Positions 62,719 through 64,000 of a stretch of DNA of 64,000 nt are shown here, one piece after another. A program made the translations under genes and the position numbers. The stretch comes from Eledone cirrhosa. Its lineage: Eukaryota. The stretch covers positions 26,474,001 through 26,538,000 of the forward strand of contig OZ024761.1 in NCBI GenBank assembly GCA_964016885.1. The letters run 5' to 3'. The notes beneath the pieces were generated by a model, which worked only from the letters and a program-made list of their open reading frames with translations, was not told the origin of the DNA and ran no database searches. Each line of letters starts with the position of its first letter. Within the stretch, counting starts at the first letter, position 1.

Positions 62719-63235
62719 AAGAATGAGAAATAAGATAGATTGAGGGGACGGGCGGGTTGGAATTGGAAAAAAAACTGTCTTTAGATAAAAATACCAGGTC
62801 CATTTATGTTGACATCTCTTGGAAAGCTGTTGGTGCTGGCGTTTTGTGTATGATTTATTCTTTAGAAAAGTCGATGATGGGCCGCGTCTATTCATTTTAT
62901 TAAGACTAAATAGAGAGCCTCGTTACTCTCTGGTGGTTCGCCTGTTTATATAGGGCCATCAGAGAGGAACATTTCTGCTTTTTCTCAGCTGTGACCGAAG
63001 AGGTGTCTTTACCTTTTATATGATGGTTGCAAACTCTGCTAAGAGTTTTACAATCGCTTGTCGGATTTATTGAGCTTGGTGCACGTTTAGGCTACGGCCA
63101 GCCACAGGAACCTGTGACATATCCTGAACAAGCAATGCCAGTACTTTGAAGGATTTTTAAGTGGGGAAAGGCCTTGCACTCCACCAATACCACTCGAAAA
63201 CATTACCCGAAAAGGAGAAGTAGGGAACATTATCG

Positions 63236-63416
63236 CTGCAGTATCCGTAGAGGGTCGGACGCCATGCTTTCCAGCATAGTTACGTCCCTTAACGATCTGA
63301 GTTCAAATCCCGCCGAGGTTGACTTTGCCTTTCATCCTTATGGGGATCGATAAAATAAAATACCAGTAATGCACTGGTTAAATTGCTGGCCTTGTGCCTA
63401 AACTAGAAACAATTAT
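63236..63416 (+). mobile_element. SINE
   Basis: Match to the SINE consensus. Confidence 0.9.
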
Positions 63417-63424
63417 CGGTGAAT

Positions 63425-64000
63425 AATGCTGAAAATGGTCATGGTGAGAATGAAATTGGTGATTGTGGTGGAAATGGTGACGTTGGTGACGACGATGGTG
63501 ATGTTTATGGAGATGATGAGTCATAATGAAGATGATGAACATAACGAATACGACCATGATGGTGATGATAATGATCGTGATGATGATGATGATGACGTTG
63601 ATGATGATGACGTTGATGATGATTGACGATGTTGGTGATGGTGATAGTGATGGTGATCGTGATGATAATGTTGGTGGTGATGATGATGAAGGTGGTGGAA
63701 TGGTGATAGTGATGATGATCGTGATGATGATGATGATGTTGATGATGGATGATGTTGGTGATGATCGTGATGATAATGTTGGTGGTGAAGGTGGTGAGGT
63801 GGTGGAATGGTGGTAGTGATAATGATCGTGATGATAATGTCGGTGATGATGATGATGGCAGTGGTGATGGTGATGGTGATGATATCAGATCAGATCAGCT
63901 GAAATGATGGCGGTGGTGGCGGGGGCGGTGGTGTGGTGTTGGTGGTGGTGATGGTGATGGTGATATCAGATCAGACCAGATGAAATGATGGTGGTGGTGG
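63425..64000. repeat. Degenerate (GAT)n/(GGT)n tract
   Basis: Direct inspection. Confidence 0.92.

Overview
Eukaryotic, very AT-rich window with no recognisable cellular gene. A large share of it is (TA)n, (CA)n or trinucleotide microsatellite. The repeat content (a tRNA-derived SINE with a Nin-like core, RTE LINEs, huge TA tracts) suggests an octopus or other coleoid cephalopod; this is inference. The only convincing protein-coding sequence is an intact 1181-aa RTE-clade LINE ORF on the minus strand (34362-37907: APE endonuclease, reverse transcriptase, three C2H2 fingers). Almost all other ORFs in the track are microsatellite artefacts. Other features: about 20 SINE copies, short LINE 3' fragments (one with a clear twin-priming inversion and a 10-bp TSD), Helitron-type termini, a foldback-like element with 33-bp repeat arms, and several minisatellites. 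The most striking hidden signal is a dense population of short non-coding elements from several sequence families, mostly next to (TA)n tracts. They carry type I hammerhead-ribozyme motifs (more than 10 copies found by eye) and are often built as asymmetric hairpins. In one family the long arm has a fixed 79-bp extra tail in four separate copies. This matches Penelope-like element (PLE) pseudo-LTR architecture, here miniaturised and without a coding region. All structures were read by eye; no folding or database search was run.
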